Assembly (NCBI GenBank): GCA_973851085.1
Contig: OZ316775.1
Location: 4,650,001 to 4,714,000 of the forward strand
DNA from: Ptychomitrium polyphyllum
Taxonomy: Eukaryota
Reading direction: 5' to 3'
Length of the DNA: 64,000 nucleotides
Shown one piece after another: positions 26,560 to 39,514 of this stretch. The notes below the pieces were generated by a model. The model worked only from the letters and a program-made list of their open reading frames with translations, did no database searches and was not told where the DNA came from. The translations under genes were made by a program, and so were the position numbers. Each line of letters starts with the position of its first letter. The stretch's first letter is position 1.

Positions 26560-29460
26560 ATTCTCTCTATCCAAAAGGTGAAGCGTTGCCCCGACCTACG
26601 CTAGAAGTTGTCAAACACAGTACTTGTACAGAGAAATAAGGGAGAAAAGTAAAGGAGGAGTCATTCAGAGACAAACAAGAACATATCGAAGTTGTGAACA
26701 ATGCTAAGTTCATCTTGAGCTGATTTGCTAGCTCAGATTTCAGGATAGATGAATCTTAGGGAAATAGTGGTGGGATTCCATCCACTGTTTACATGCACTT
26801 TGAAACCCTGTTTTGAACAAGAATTTGAGGCCAGGGCAGTCCTTTCTAACTTGCTTGTCTTCCACATAAGTAATGTTTCTTTGATTTCACAAGTGTTGTT
26901 GCTCCAGAGATTGTGTTATCAAAGTACCAAAAGTTTGGTAACTAAGTATTGGAGAACAACAGGATGCAAAGAGAGCAAAAAGAGGAGAAGTGAGGAGATG
27001 GTTTGGTGAGAAAAGTGGGAAGATGCTTAGTGAAAGAAGTCGGAGGTTTAGAATTATCAACTTCAAAGGTTGATTAGTCTTCACAAATAAGATTTGTCAT
27101 TGTTAGGAGTTTTTTTGAGACTTTGCTTTAAGATATGATTAGAACTAAATTGTAGTCTATGACAACTTGTCCTCTTTATGATAACAAGCATATTCATGTT
27201 TAATAATTATTTGTTGTGCACATGATTTTAATGATGAGACCTATTGTAAGGTATAGAAGCCTTTATTGATCAAATTATAAAATACAAAGACATGGTTTGG
27301 AACTATTTAAATTATATATATTAAGTTATCTTATAAATAATGTTGTGGAATATTTAAATAATTTTGATGATTATTTGTGAATGTAATTCTAATTAGAGTT
27401 TATAATTGTTAATGGTATCCATGAGTTGAAGAGCTTTTGGAAAGCTTTAAATTTAGTAGCATCCAAAGCCTTATAAAAAAATGTCTATAGGCTACTTATT
27501 TAGTTGTGTCTATAAAATCCTGATTTATCTCTTTCTAACCATATTCCATTTTAAATTGAAATACCTCTTAAAAAGCTTTCTATTTGAATTATAGAATAAG
27601 GTTTAAATATGTTCAAATTGGTCTTCTTATTATAAAATATTATAGGATGTCTTCTCTTGATAAAACCAAATTTTAAGCACATATTTTAATTCAATTATAT
27701 ACTTTTTTATTTGCTTCTATCATTTTTATATGTTTTAATTCTATGAAAAATAAATATAAACATAATTATTTCCTTGTATACTAAAAATTCTTTTTATACA
27801 ACTTTCTTATGGTGAAAATAAATGTTCTTATAAACTATTCACCATCTCTTACTTCCTTCCTTTCTTCCAAACTTTCATCCTATTGAGCATCACTACAATC
27901 GATGAGCTCATTTCTTATTGTTTTTGAGGTGGAATGAATTGATATTTTAGAGTTCCTTTGAAGTAGCAAAGATTTTGTTTCACTCCCTAATTATAAGTTA
28001 ATTAAGAATTGGATATGAACCAAGAATGTTAATAACATGGGCAATTTCATGTTTAATATTTGTAACAAATGTAAATTTGCATACCATCTTTTAATGTTGT
28101 CATTTGTCTATCAAGGTTGTATTTGTAAATTTCTTAAGTTTCAAGATTACTGAAAGAAGAGTTTTGTTCAACTTCCAATTTGCTAGGCCATATTCATGAA
28201 TTATATAGACAACATAATCAGTACTAGCCTTCACAAGTGTGTTCAAATTTAATACCTAAATATTTTGTACAATAATCAAATTATACCATTTCAAACTTTT
28301 TAAATAACTAAGTATATAGCCAAGTAAGTTCTTCTGTATTGTTGCCAATAGAAGACAAGTCATTTACAAAGAAGATTGTTATAATGATGTTTTTACCATC
28401 TTAAAAATAATTTAGATCCATTTGAAGATAATGTTTTCAACAAGTGTTTGCGCATGAGCTAATCAATTGTTTTATATTATGCTCAAAAAACTTGTTTAAG
28501 GCCATAAAAAACATGATAGTTTGTAATTCAAATACTTGTAATTGAAAGCTTTATATTCTTTGTAGTGGTGCATGTACAATTTTTCTTTAAGATGGTCATT
28601 CAATAAAGTCATCCGGTGTCTAAATAATGAACTACCTATCCATTGGTCTTTGCAAGGGCATTAATGAATTTAATTTAATAACATTTTGCGATAAGAATAA
28701 AATCTATCATTGCATTATGCTTGTAATCACAAGCAATAAGTACAACTTATAATGTACTCCATATTCTTTAGCACTTGGTTTAATATAATATAACCATTAA
28801 AAAAGAATTGCCTTTTTTTTTTTTTAAGAAATGGAATTCTAAATGCTAAATTTTCATCACGTTTGTACTAGACATTTTAGCACCCATAGCTAAGATTCAT
28901 TTAGAATCTTGCTCTATTTCTTAAAATGGAAGATTTGGTTTAAAATCAAGAAAGAAGCTCTCTAGCATTATTAATGGTTTTTTGAATTAATTAGATTTTT
29001 TACAAGTAGGCTAATTCTACATGTGTAAACTTCATTGATCTAAAGAACTTAAGCTACAAATTTTTAGTTTGAACATTGACAAGGTAGTGGCAATTTGTTT
29101 TACACTACAAAGATAACAAAGCCCTAGTTGACAAATGTGATTTGGATTGACAAATGTAATTTGGATTTTAAGTTTATCTTTGCGGAAGAGTTTGACAAAA
29201 AATTTGTCATCCATAGTCCAAAAATTTCAATAGAGGATGTCATTATTTTAAAACAACTACATATTCATCAATAGAATTCTTGATTTTGCTATGAAAATAA
29301 GTTTTACTTCAAATTTTCTTTAGGGGTCAAAAGGTTTTTTTATTCATATTTTTAACAATTTTTATATCTGTCCTCTTTCCAAGGTTCAATCATCCTTTTA
29401 AGGAAGAAATAGATCTTCCAATGAACGCTTACAAAGTAGTTACATGCCCCCATTGAAGGA
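26560..29460 (-). mobile_element. Highly decayed Ty3/Gypsy-like retrotransposon remnant
   Basis: AT-rich stretch with no long ORFs. Minus-strand translations give broken integrase-like fragments (LSCFLWP ~28500, NGIIxLLYKI resembling GNRYIIVA ~28280, DYVVYIIHEYGL ~28200, QP*xTN resembling HPQTNG ~28110). Boundaries are approximate. Confidence 0.45.
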
Positions 29461-31504
29461 ACATCCAGATCTTTATTATACTTCCAGAATTATGCTAAGT
29501 GCACATTTTATATCAAGAAACCTTGCCTTCGCCTTTGCCGGAACATGCATCAGTAAGACCAGACTAACTCACTAAATCACTAAATCAGCTGCAGAGTGAC
29601 ATCAATATTTTGCAAAACTACAAGAACCTCTCTCCGCTATGCTAGAACGCAGAAACCATGCACTAGGCATGGCATACAAACCTCTGAACAGCAGAGCTCA
29701 ACATCATCTCGAGAATGTAGTTCCATGGCTTATCAAAGCTGGGTGTATAGAAGACTGAGCAAGTTGTCAACCAAAGATCCTTTCCTAAGGAACAGAAAGA
29801 TGGCTACAAACGATACCGAGATTCTCTCAAGGAAGTTCAAGCAAGTGGAGCACTCGAAGCCCACAATGACGGGCTGGCTTTGCACCTTGGCTGGGAATGT
29901 TGGCACCATGCTGCGTACAAAGACTCCTCAAAACCACTGATGAGATGATTCTACGATGGTTGATTCTTAGTTCATACACTGGTGATGTATGAACTGGTGA
30001 CGCATGAGATTCATGAACTAGGTTACCAGTTAACCTGGTTCATGGAGCTACACTTCCAAAGCTTGCAAGGAAATCTTGTAAAACAGGAGACATCATGTAG
30101 TTGTGACATGCCACAAGCCTTAAACCCTCTTAAACTCCCTCAAACCCGAACCAACGAAGCGTATCATACACAACCGCAGGGCTTCTCAAAGAGTTCTGGT
30201 GTGGATCTTGGAAGCACCAACCTAATTTTGCCTTCGCAGGATCAGTCGATGTATCGACATCTGCTCATCATAAACCGCTATCCTGCACAAAGGACAAAAG
30301 AAAATCCTCCGCACCTGTGGCTTGGTTCGGAACCCGAACGTATGGGGGGCACGGAGAAGCCGACCTCATCAGTCGACCGGGTGAGAACCGGCCTAAATCC
30401 TGCTCACGCGACAACTCCACTCTCGTCGTTCCTTTTGGCGCTGTTGCACATCTTTCTTCGAAGTCAGCACAACCTTGCCGGGACGAGATTTCAGAGTGGC
30501 CGTTACGAGATGGGATCGGCACGGCGAAGAATCACATGCTGGGGGCGAGGAGTTTGAGCGACAGGATCCGCTCTTGGGCGCCTTCCACGGTACGCAGGAG
30601 TGCATGCGATGATTTCGTTGCAGACATAGCGTTTCTAACCGTTCAATGTTCTCATCTCAATCTACCTACATTGATGCGTGATGGGTCTTGTGATTGTAAC
30701 TCAGAATGTGATGAACCTTGAAGTGGATTTCCGCTGAGGGAACTGTTCTAGAGGAGAATTAGGTAGCGGAATGTGGTTTGAAGCATGAGAGCTCTGCCTG
30801 TTGAAGTGCTCTGTTTGAGGTTAGATTTTGGGTGCAAGAGTTAGGGTTTGTGGGTGATTGTTGAGGGATTTTTGAGATCGTTTCCTGTAAGGTATTCTGG
30901 GATTTCATTAGGAGACGAGGCTTTTCTGTAATCGGGAAATAGGGTGGGTAAGTATGTACTCTGGTGCTCCTGAAGTACATGCCGTGAGTTGGGTAGCAAA
31001 TTTTTCTCGTGACTTGAGTTATAAATTTTGGTTTTGAGTCGGAACAAGGTTTGTTGGAAGTTTTAGGGGTGCGCTTATTGGTTTTACGCGTGTTTGGTTG
31101 AATGAATTGGTCGCATGGGCAGTTTTCAGGACGAGAGGATTTGCATGGAAGTTTTTTGTGGCCGACTGAGCAGGCGTAGAAGGTGCAATCGATTCTGGGT
31201 TGTGGTGTAGCCCTAGAAACAGACTTGAAGGGAATTCTACGCAGTTTTGATTGTTTACTCTCTTGGGCGACGGACTGGTAGGGTTGTGGTTGCAGCCCTA
31301 GTTTATGTTGACGATGATGTTTTGTAATCTTGAGAATCGGTATCCGTAGCTTCTCAATATCTTTCTATTTCATAGCTCTTCCTATCTGACGCACAAAAAC
31401 TTGTGTTCACTTTATCGTCATGTCACTAACTATTGTCTTCATTTATTGCGATGTTGAGCAGTTCCTGGATTTGCTGAGTAGAGGTGAACACAGTTGGGCG
31501 CAAA

Positions 31505-33629
31505 ATGAAGGCCGATGGCGCAGTGGAGGGTGCGGGGGAAGTTGGGACGGTCGCAGAAGGTGTCACCTTTGAATGGCTTAGACAGGTGAGGAAATGGTCA
31601 GAGGTAACATCATGGAGGGTTAATGGGAGAGATAAGTTGGTCCCTTTTGCTTCATTTGTTTCATTGTCTAGGTGGTGACGACAGTTGCAGGAAAACCAAT
31701 TTCAGGATACAGCTGTGAAGCTAGGTCTTGATAATTTTGAAAGAGTTGTGTTACTTTTATCCTGCTTTCTTAGGATTTTGGGTGATGATTGGGAACTTAG
31801 GCTGAAGACGCAAGTCTAAAAACAAGTCCTGCGCGTCCCAGTACAACGGGCAAAGGAGATGCTTCCTTCAGCGTGATTGATGAGTTTAATTACTGGCGCA
31901 CGCAGCCTGATCTCGCTGAAGCTGTAGCAGCTATTAAGGCATTGACAGCTGTTATGAAACGCAGCCAGGCATCCACCATGATGGGGCTCGAGATTGAGCT
32001 CAAGAATGCATCTGAAGCTCTGAAGGTGCGTTTGGGTCCTGATATAACTTTTTGTATCTATCAATGCTGTGGATAATATTATGCACAAAGGACTAAATAA
32101 GATTGCTTACCATGACAGTCGGGTTGGGTCCATGGCTTTATCAGGCCTGGGATGAAACCTCTATACCATTGTCTGCAGGCTGCGACCTCTTCTTGCGTTA
32201 TGTTACACGTACAACTGCCTTAGAGTATGAGGACATACGGGCTGGCAAAGCACGTCTGATTGAGCGTGGAGAAAGGTTTGGTGAAATATCCCAGAAGGTA
32301 TGGACTCTTTTGTTTTGTTGAGACTTTCGTGGCTCATAAATTGGTCATTTGAATGAGCTTTTTCTCAAACTTAAAGCTTGGTCTTAAATTGGTCATTGCG
32401 GATTGTCTGCATATCCTGAGCTAGTTCCTAATTGTTCGAAACTGGCAGGCCCGACGAACGATTGCAATGCTGGGGCAAGATTTTATTCTAAACGGATCTA
32501 TCATATTGACACATGGGTTCTCAAGAGTGGTGCTGAATTTGCTGAAATTAGCAGCTGCTAACGGGAAACATTTCAGCGTTGTTTGCACAGGTGCTGCTAA
32601 ACTTCATTGAGGTTATAAGTCGTGGCCACATGTAGGACGTTGGCAGACATACTAGTGTTTGTGTCGAAAAACCATACATTGACAAGGCATAATAGATTCA
32701 TAAGGCATCCTTCTACAGAAGTGGCCATTTAGTATCCTTTTCGCTTTCTCTACAAAACAGTCTTGAGTGTGCTAGTTTTCTGTGTAGTTATACTGCTTTT
32801 TGAAACAGATTCTTTTAGAACGAACTGATGGATTACTCAGTAGTTGTATTATGATGCCCATCTCTTCCTTGGTATGCTGGAGTTCTGGACTCGCTTATAT
32901 CATAAACTGTATTGCATGCTGCCTATACAGAAGGAAGGCCTGACAATACAGGTGCAAAGGTGGCAAAGGAGCTGATAGCAGCTGGCATACCGGTCACTCT
33001 GATTCTGGATTCTGGTGTGGGCTTTATAATGGAGAAAGTGGACATGCTATTGGTTGGTGCCGAAGGTGTGGTTGAAAGTGGTGGAATCATCAATTATATC
33101 GGCACTTTCCAAGCTGCACTAGTTGCGCGTTCCATGAACAAACCGGTTTATGTTGCTGCGGAAAGTTATAAGGTATATGTCCTCTATAACTTACTGTGAC
33201 CTAATTTTCTTTTGGCCGAAGCTAATTTTACTCTGGTGAGATTTTAGTCTGAAATCACTACTCAGAAATAATAGGTAGATTTGTTTCTATTGCGTTAATA
33301 GGAAATTGATTATTTGAGCCAGATTGATCTGCTTGAACTCCAAAGTTTTATTCTGTAGCTATCTTTAAGGGCATCGTACTTGGTTACCTGGGGGATATTT
33401 ATGCTCTTGTTAATGTTCGCAGTTTGCAAGGCTCTATCCACTCGAACAGAGGGACTTAGCTCCTTCACCTTGTCATGTTGACTTTGTGGAACCAGTTCCA
33501 GAGGAGGCTGAAGTCGAGAATGCTGCCAGAGATTACACACCCCCAAGTTATCTCACACTTCTGTTTACAGACTTGGGCGTCCTTACCCCATCTGCAGTAA
33601 GTGATGAGTTGATACAACTGTACCTTTAG
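31505..33629 (+). CDS. EIF2B1: Translation initiation factor eIF-2B alpha subunit. Exons ~31505-31585, 31801-32025, 32145-32297, 32449-32590, 32930-33172, 33423-33629. The start may lie upstream (ATG 30536)
   Basis: FSVIDEFNYWRTQPDLAEAVAAIKAL...STMMGLEIELK, SAGCDLFLRYVTRT, ILTHGFSRVV, TEGRPD, VGAEGVVESGGIIN, VAAESYKFARLYPL, DYTPPSYLTLLFTDLGVLTPSAVSDELIQLYL*. Confidence 0.95.
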
Positions 33630-35005
33630 GGACTACGTATGTTTACTGTAAGTTCAAGTTCTGCTTCAGAAGCATCTTGCATTTGACGCCAAATATGGCA
33701 TTTCTCGCAATTTTGTCAGTACTAGTGTTGAGTATGCAGGAATACGGTGTACCGATTGTCATCCACCTTAATCCTTACGATTGCCATACTTGAATTAGTG
33801 TGTTTGAGAGTCAGTAGGGAAGATGATGGCATGAATAGTGAGCTTTACCCAGCGAGTCCGCAGGATACTGCTAAGGTCCTTATTGCTATTTGTAGAATGC
33901 CACTGCAAGTTAACCAAAGAACAAATAATAGGACGACTTATGGAATAGACAGCTTACTGAATGTAATCGTAATAACCGTTTCTTGTGTGGCCACTTTCAA
34001 TTCTGCACATTTTATGTAACCTTAGCTTTTAGTATGCGGCATGTGTCCCATCCACCACTCCGCACTCTTTAAATAGCTAGATTCACTCGCAAAGTAAAAT
34101 CTTAAATATCGATAGGAACAAAGAAGTTCAATAATTCCACAGCTAGATTATCTGTTAAATAACGCAAACACCGATAAAAGTAAGACAGCTAGAAGCAAAG
34201 TCTCCACACTAGTTTTGCTCCAACGAATATTATGTATCCTCCAGAGCCCTGATAGAAATCTGAAATTTCCAGTGTAAGCTGACAAAACAGGGAGATTTCA
34301 GGTGCCTATTAATTGAACCATTTAAATCAAGGTATCTGACCACTTCACTGAGTCTCCAAAATTGCTAAGAAAATTTTGAAATATCGACCTCAATGTCTAA
34401 TGTAGAAAACATATCTTCTAGTACAAATAGCACTTACTGAGTACTCAGCAGAATCACTTGATCAGCAACACGTAATACTTCACATAATTCTGCACTAAAT
34501 CTAAAGGGTTATTCTCATATGATGTATGTCCGAATAGCTAAAATATAAGGTGATGTTGCAGTTTACAGTTTTACACAAGGGTTGATGAGGGCAACATCAG
34601 AAGCAGTTAGTAGCAGCCCAATTACTGATGCTATAAGGCGGAAAGAAAAGGAAAAAAGACACCTATGCCAAATTCTTGATACCTAACCTATCTCTCCGCA
34701 TGGCTTTGCCGAAACCTTATTTACCTTCTGAGTGCCATCCCACCATTCCAAACGATAAAAGAAGTGCTCAGACTAAATGCACACCTCCACACGTCAGAGT
34801 CCAGAATGAAGTGCCATCTTGTCCAGCACCCCAGACGTCAGAAGACGATTCTGTTTCCACTGCGATCTTCACTTTTCGGATAAAGCGTTTTAGAGACAGA
34901 GCCCACTCGTATATCAAGATGAAATACTGGTACAAACCTGAACAAAAACTTATGTGAAGATCATAAAACTCCAGATTTAAAATGCGATGGCGTCAATAAA
35001 TTGTC

Positions 35006-36728
35006 CTAAAGCGCCATTTCAGCTTGCAGGGCTGCAAGTTCGTCTTCTTCCTCCGTGTTCTGAACTGGTTTCTTCGTAGCAGGAACTGCAGTGGGTCGGT
35101 ACTTTTCGGCCGCAGGAGGGAGCTGGTGAGTAGACGGCCTAATCAACTGTTCTTCCAACTCAGCCCCCTCAAGATCCTCCAGTTCAGCCTCCAACTCATC
35201 CTGCAAACCAATGCCCAGAAATAAGTGATCTGATATTCAAGGTGATTGCGAAAGTCTTAATACGTCACAATTCTCTAGATCAAGAGTTTTACACTAGTGT
35301 TAAAGCACCGTTCGAATGGCCCTAAATGTCTTCCGAACTGACGTTAACCCAAACTGAGCACCGAAAACTTCACTTGAATTGGGTTGTTCCTTCCCTTTCT
35401 ATTAACAATTCTGCTAAGCTATTTGCTTCAGAATTATTTGAAATTTGTTGATGTATTGAATAACATGATAGCAGGATATCCAAATTCACCTCATCAATAT
35501 CAGCTGCTGTTCCAATGGGAGTGGACAGAGCCTCCTGGATCTGCTTCATATTCTCAGTCTGTTCGTTGATCTCGTCCATTGTCTTGTCCACATCATCAAT
35601 ATTCCTGTAAGCCATAAAATCACCAGATTAGGGTTCACACATGTGCACTTCTACAGACTGAAGTCACGTTCCCTGGCACTCTACCAACAAATGTAATCCC
35701 TTCAAGCTCAATAACTTCCAGTCAGTGCACAACGTTGTCCTCATTCACCGACATGAAGTATTTCCAGAAACAAATGTGACGTAGCCAACACGCAACTGCA
35801 ATTCAAATCCTCCTCTCCTACCATATCGTAGAAACTAAGACACTCTAAAAATCTACGCCAAAAATCAGTAAGAAGGAAAGGACAAGCGTCGTACGTGGCC
35901 TTCTGGATGGCCTTCATAGCTGAGGCACCACTACGCAAAGCATCCACGGTTTCGGTCGTTGCCTTAGCACCCTCTAGCATAATCATCTGCACAGCAACAC
36001 CACGCAAAGTGGAACGCACAAACTGATCAGAAACTGTCAGGTCAAAACATGGAAAATTACAAGCAGAATTCCACAAATTCGCCCCATCTTCCACATCCGA
36101 CCCCAATTCGAAAACATGGAGTGAAATCAGGGGAGGATAAGTTTCCGACCTGGTCATGGATACGCAATTGGAAGTTACCCAGTTGCTCTACTTGAACTTC
36201 ATACAACTTCTTCCGCTTTAAACACTGAATCGCAGCTGCAACAGCCACCACACACAACATCACTCGTCAGGAACCCCGAACAGCCCAATCCCCTGCTCAA
36301 CCCTAAAAAAGAAAAGTTCATCCCACCGTAACCAACAGATCACATCAACCCTATCAAACACCCACTCACCTCTCTTATTCTTCAACCTCGTAAACTCCTT
36401 AGCCTTCTCAATCTCCATAGCTATCTTCTTCTGCAACACTTTCTCCTTTTTCTCCAACATCTCCAGAGTCTGCCCCCGCCATCATCCACCACCCAAAACC
36501 AACCCGCCACATCCAAATCAACATCCCCAGAAACCACAACCCCAGCACCCACTCAAACCCTAACCACGTCAAACCCAAACGAAAAAACCAAAAATTTGAA
36601 ACACCTGCGACAACCGAAAAGAAACTCTCGCTGCGCATCAATCGAACGGCTCTGACCTCATTGAGCTTGTCGAGCGTGGAGAGGGTGGACACCTCCTCCT
36701 TGGGCTTCCCGAATATCCTCGAAAACAT
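35006..36728 (-). CDS. SNF7: ESCRT-III subunit SNF7/VPS32 (CHMP4). Six exons: ~36728-36657, 36469-36370, 36235-36150, 35987-35895, 35604-35489, 35200-35006
   Basis: MFSRIFGKPKEE...TLDKLNE-TLEMLEKKEKVLQKK...AAIQCLKRKKLYE.QVEQLGNFQLRIHDQ-MIMLEGAKATTETVDALRSGA...NIDDVDKTMDEINEQTENMKQIQEALSTPIG...EDELAALQAEMAL*. Confidence 0.97.
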
Positions 36729-37062
36729 GGTGGGATTTTGGCCCTCCCGCACTCGAACGCTCTGAAACCCTCCCTCGGAATCTCCAACTCCGCAAAACAC
36801 ACGATGCGCTGTGATTGATGTGGTCGTCGACGCCGACGAGGTTGCAGACGCGGCGACGCACGGCGATGGTGTCTGAGACTGCAACAACACGAGCGCGCAT
36901 CCCCGGCCTCACACAACAATCGCTCGCTGCCGCACTCTCAGTCTCTCTGTGTGTGCGTCTCTCTCGCTCCTGCCTTGCTTGTTGCTCCCTCTCTCTCGCT
37001 GCCCCTGCCCGCGCCCGCCACCTGTCCCGCTGCCCGACTCCGGAAAAGTAAAAGGTACGCTT

Positions 37063-37094
37063 CAGGGTAAGGGTAAGGGTAAGGGTAAGGGTAA
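37063..37094. repeat. (AGGGTA)5 telomere-like hexamer repeat upstream of SNF7
   Basis: cagggtaagggtaagggtaagggtaagggtaa. Confidence 0.85.
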
Positions 37095-39443
37095 CGAGTA
37101 AAGTCCCTGCAACAGTACCAGTGACAGTAAAACAGTTTTCTCTCTTTTGTTGCATTTTGTTGCACATGACATTTTTTGGGGTTGAAGCAGTTTATCCAAA
37201 TCTTGTAAAATGGGTGTTTAATGGTATATGATAGTGAGAGCATGTGGTAGTGAATGCATGGAGGCATGAGTTTCTATTGAAAGTTGATATGTATTGTTTG
37301 ATCAACATAAATGCTAAACACTTGTTGAATTTGATACTTGTTTGATAACTATGTCTTTTCTAGAGCAAGTTATAGACTAGAGAATTGTAATTTTGAATGA
37401 TGGAATTATTGTTTGAAAGAAGATGTTGTAGGTTATAATATTTTGACTATATTAATATGTGTACAACAATGTTGGTGCATAAAAGTTGATTGAAGTACAT
37501 ATAGTATAACTAAAATAAAAGTATTTTTGTTAAAATTGTACAAAACAAAGAAGAAGTGCAAAGGAGAAGAAAGATGGGACTAAATCGAGATATATTTCTA
37601 TGAATTTTTATATCACATGTCCATCAAAGTATAAGAAGTATATTGAATCAAAGATGAATATTGAAATGGAAATTCATTTTGAAGTGATTAGATTATAATT
37701 TCCTTAATGATCTTCTATTTGCTTTAAATTCATATAAAACAAGTTGCACAATTTAAAGAATTGGTTGTTTTTATTTCAATATAAGATTTAATAAATTCAA
37801 TACTTTATTTTGCTACATTGTAGCAATGGCATCTTTGTAATGTAGTATTTATTTGATAAATCTTATTTGTTGCCAAATTGGCTTAAAAAATAATTCATGT
37901 CAACTTTTCAATTCACATCCAACTGTAGGTAATACCATAATACTATAATGATAGCTTTAAAGTCTAGAAGGAACAACAAGAGAAGTTATGAAGGATTGAA
38001 TGGCCAATTGTAGTCAAGTAGATGAATGGAGATGTTTATACCATCTAACAAAGATGTCATAGATTCATGCTTCCATCTATTGCCACCCTTGTTTTAAACT
38101 CTAACATTAGATAATCACAATTAGAATTCCAATCATCTATTGGAAGTGGAAGTATAAGGTATGCAAGACTCAGTTATAAAAAATTAAGAAAGTATGCGTG
38201 TACGTTGTTAAGTGTGAAAAAACACCTTATTAGATACATTTCTAGCAGCCGGTCACTGTATCACTAATAATTGGCTAGATAGTACTTAATAATACAAAAT
38301 AGTGGTTTTTATCACTTAACATTCAATTATCTTCAACTACAATTTTTAAATGTGATTTAAATTCTAACATACACTTAAAATTAGTCCAAACAAGAGAAAA
38401 AACTTTAAAATGATGCAAAATACTTTATTGGCCAAAAGAAAATATTTTTAACTTTTAACAAATTTTTTAATAAAGAGAAATATAGCCATCTCTATGACGG
38501 CTTCTCAATATATACACTCAATCTAGGATTCAAATCTACTTTATTAGGATTTAAATTAAGCCTAATTATTTTAAGTCTAAAGTTATTGCCAATTACTAAA
38601 AAATGTCTGATTATGGAGCAATATTTGATTACCGATTTTTTCCAATTTAAGGAGAGTCATCAAACCAATGTTGTGCTATAAAAATTACACTACTTAAAAA
38701 TAAATAAACCCATTTTATTAGAATGTGATTTAAGCCTAGATGTTTTAACTTTAAAATTGTTGTCAATTATTGAGCAATATTTGATTATTGAGTACTACCT
38801 GAGTTTGTTGCACTTTAAGGAAAGTTACCAAACTGATGTTGTGTTGTAGAAACTTAAAATATTTAAAAATAAACAAATGAGAAATTAGACAAAGGTTGGT
38901 TTAAGGAAAGAAGCAAGTGTAAACGTTGATAAGTGGCAACAATGTGAATAAAAATTTGATTGGACATCAATTAGTATTTTAATTTCTTAAAGGAAAAAGA
39001 AAACTTTATAGGCCAGAGGTGAATTATAAAGAGGAGGAATATTATAAATTAGTAGAATTTTTTTTTTTTAATTTTTAAAAATAATGTTTGTATTAGCAAA
39101 TATAGACTTTAGAGGGTGATTATATTAAATAAAAGGGAAAGAAAAGTTAAGGCAAATAAAAAAATTTAATATAGAATTGGGAGTTTTAAGTAAAAGTGTG
39201 GATTTACGTATGGATTGATATTTATTATAATTCCTTGAATTGATAAGAATTATTAATATAAACATTTGCGGTTTACCATCTTATTTTTTGTTGAACAATT
39301 AGTAGCAACCGGATGCTTAGTGTCTTTTCAAGATAAACTCTTTTATAACAACATTGGCGTATTGATTGATAGCTCGCTTTTTAATATATGTATATTAGAT
39401 CCATGTATTTTTTAATCATAATACAATATTATGAAAAAATATG

Positions 39444-39445
<2 letters not shown>

Positions 39446-39508
<63 letters not shown>
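39446..39508. repeat. (TA)~31 microsatellite
   Basis: Direct observation. Confidence 0.95.

Positions 39509-39514
<6 letters not shown>

Noticed and set aside
29596..30557. ORFs of 114 and 191 aa upstream of eIF2B-alpha
   Set aside because: Non-ATG starts, no recognisable motifs or consistent splice pattern; probably promoter/UTR sequence.
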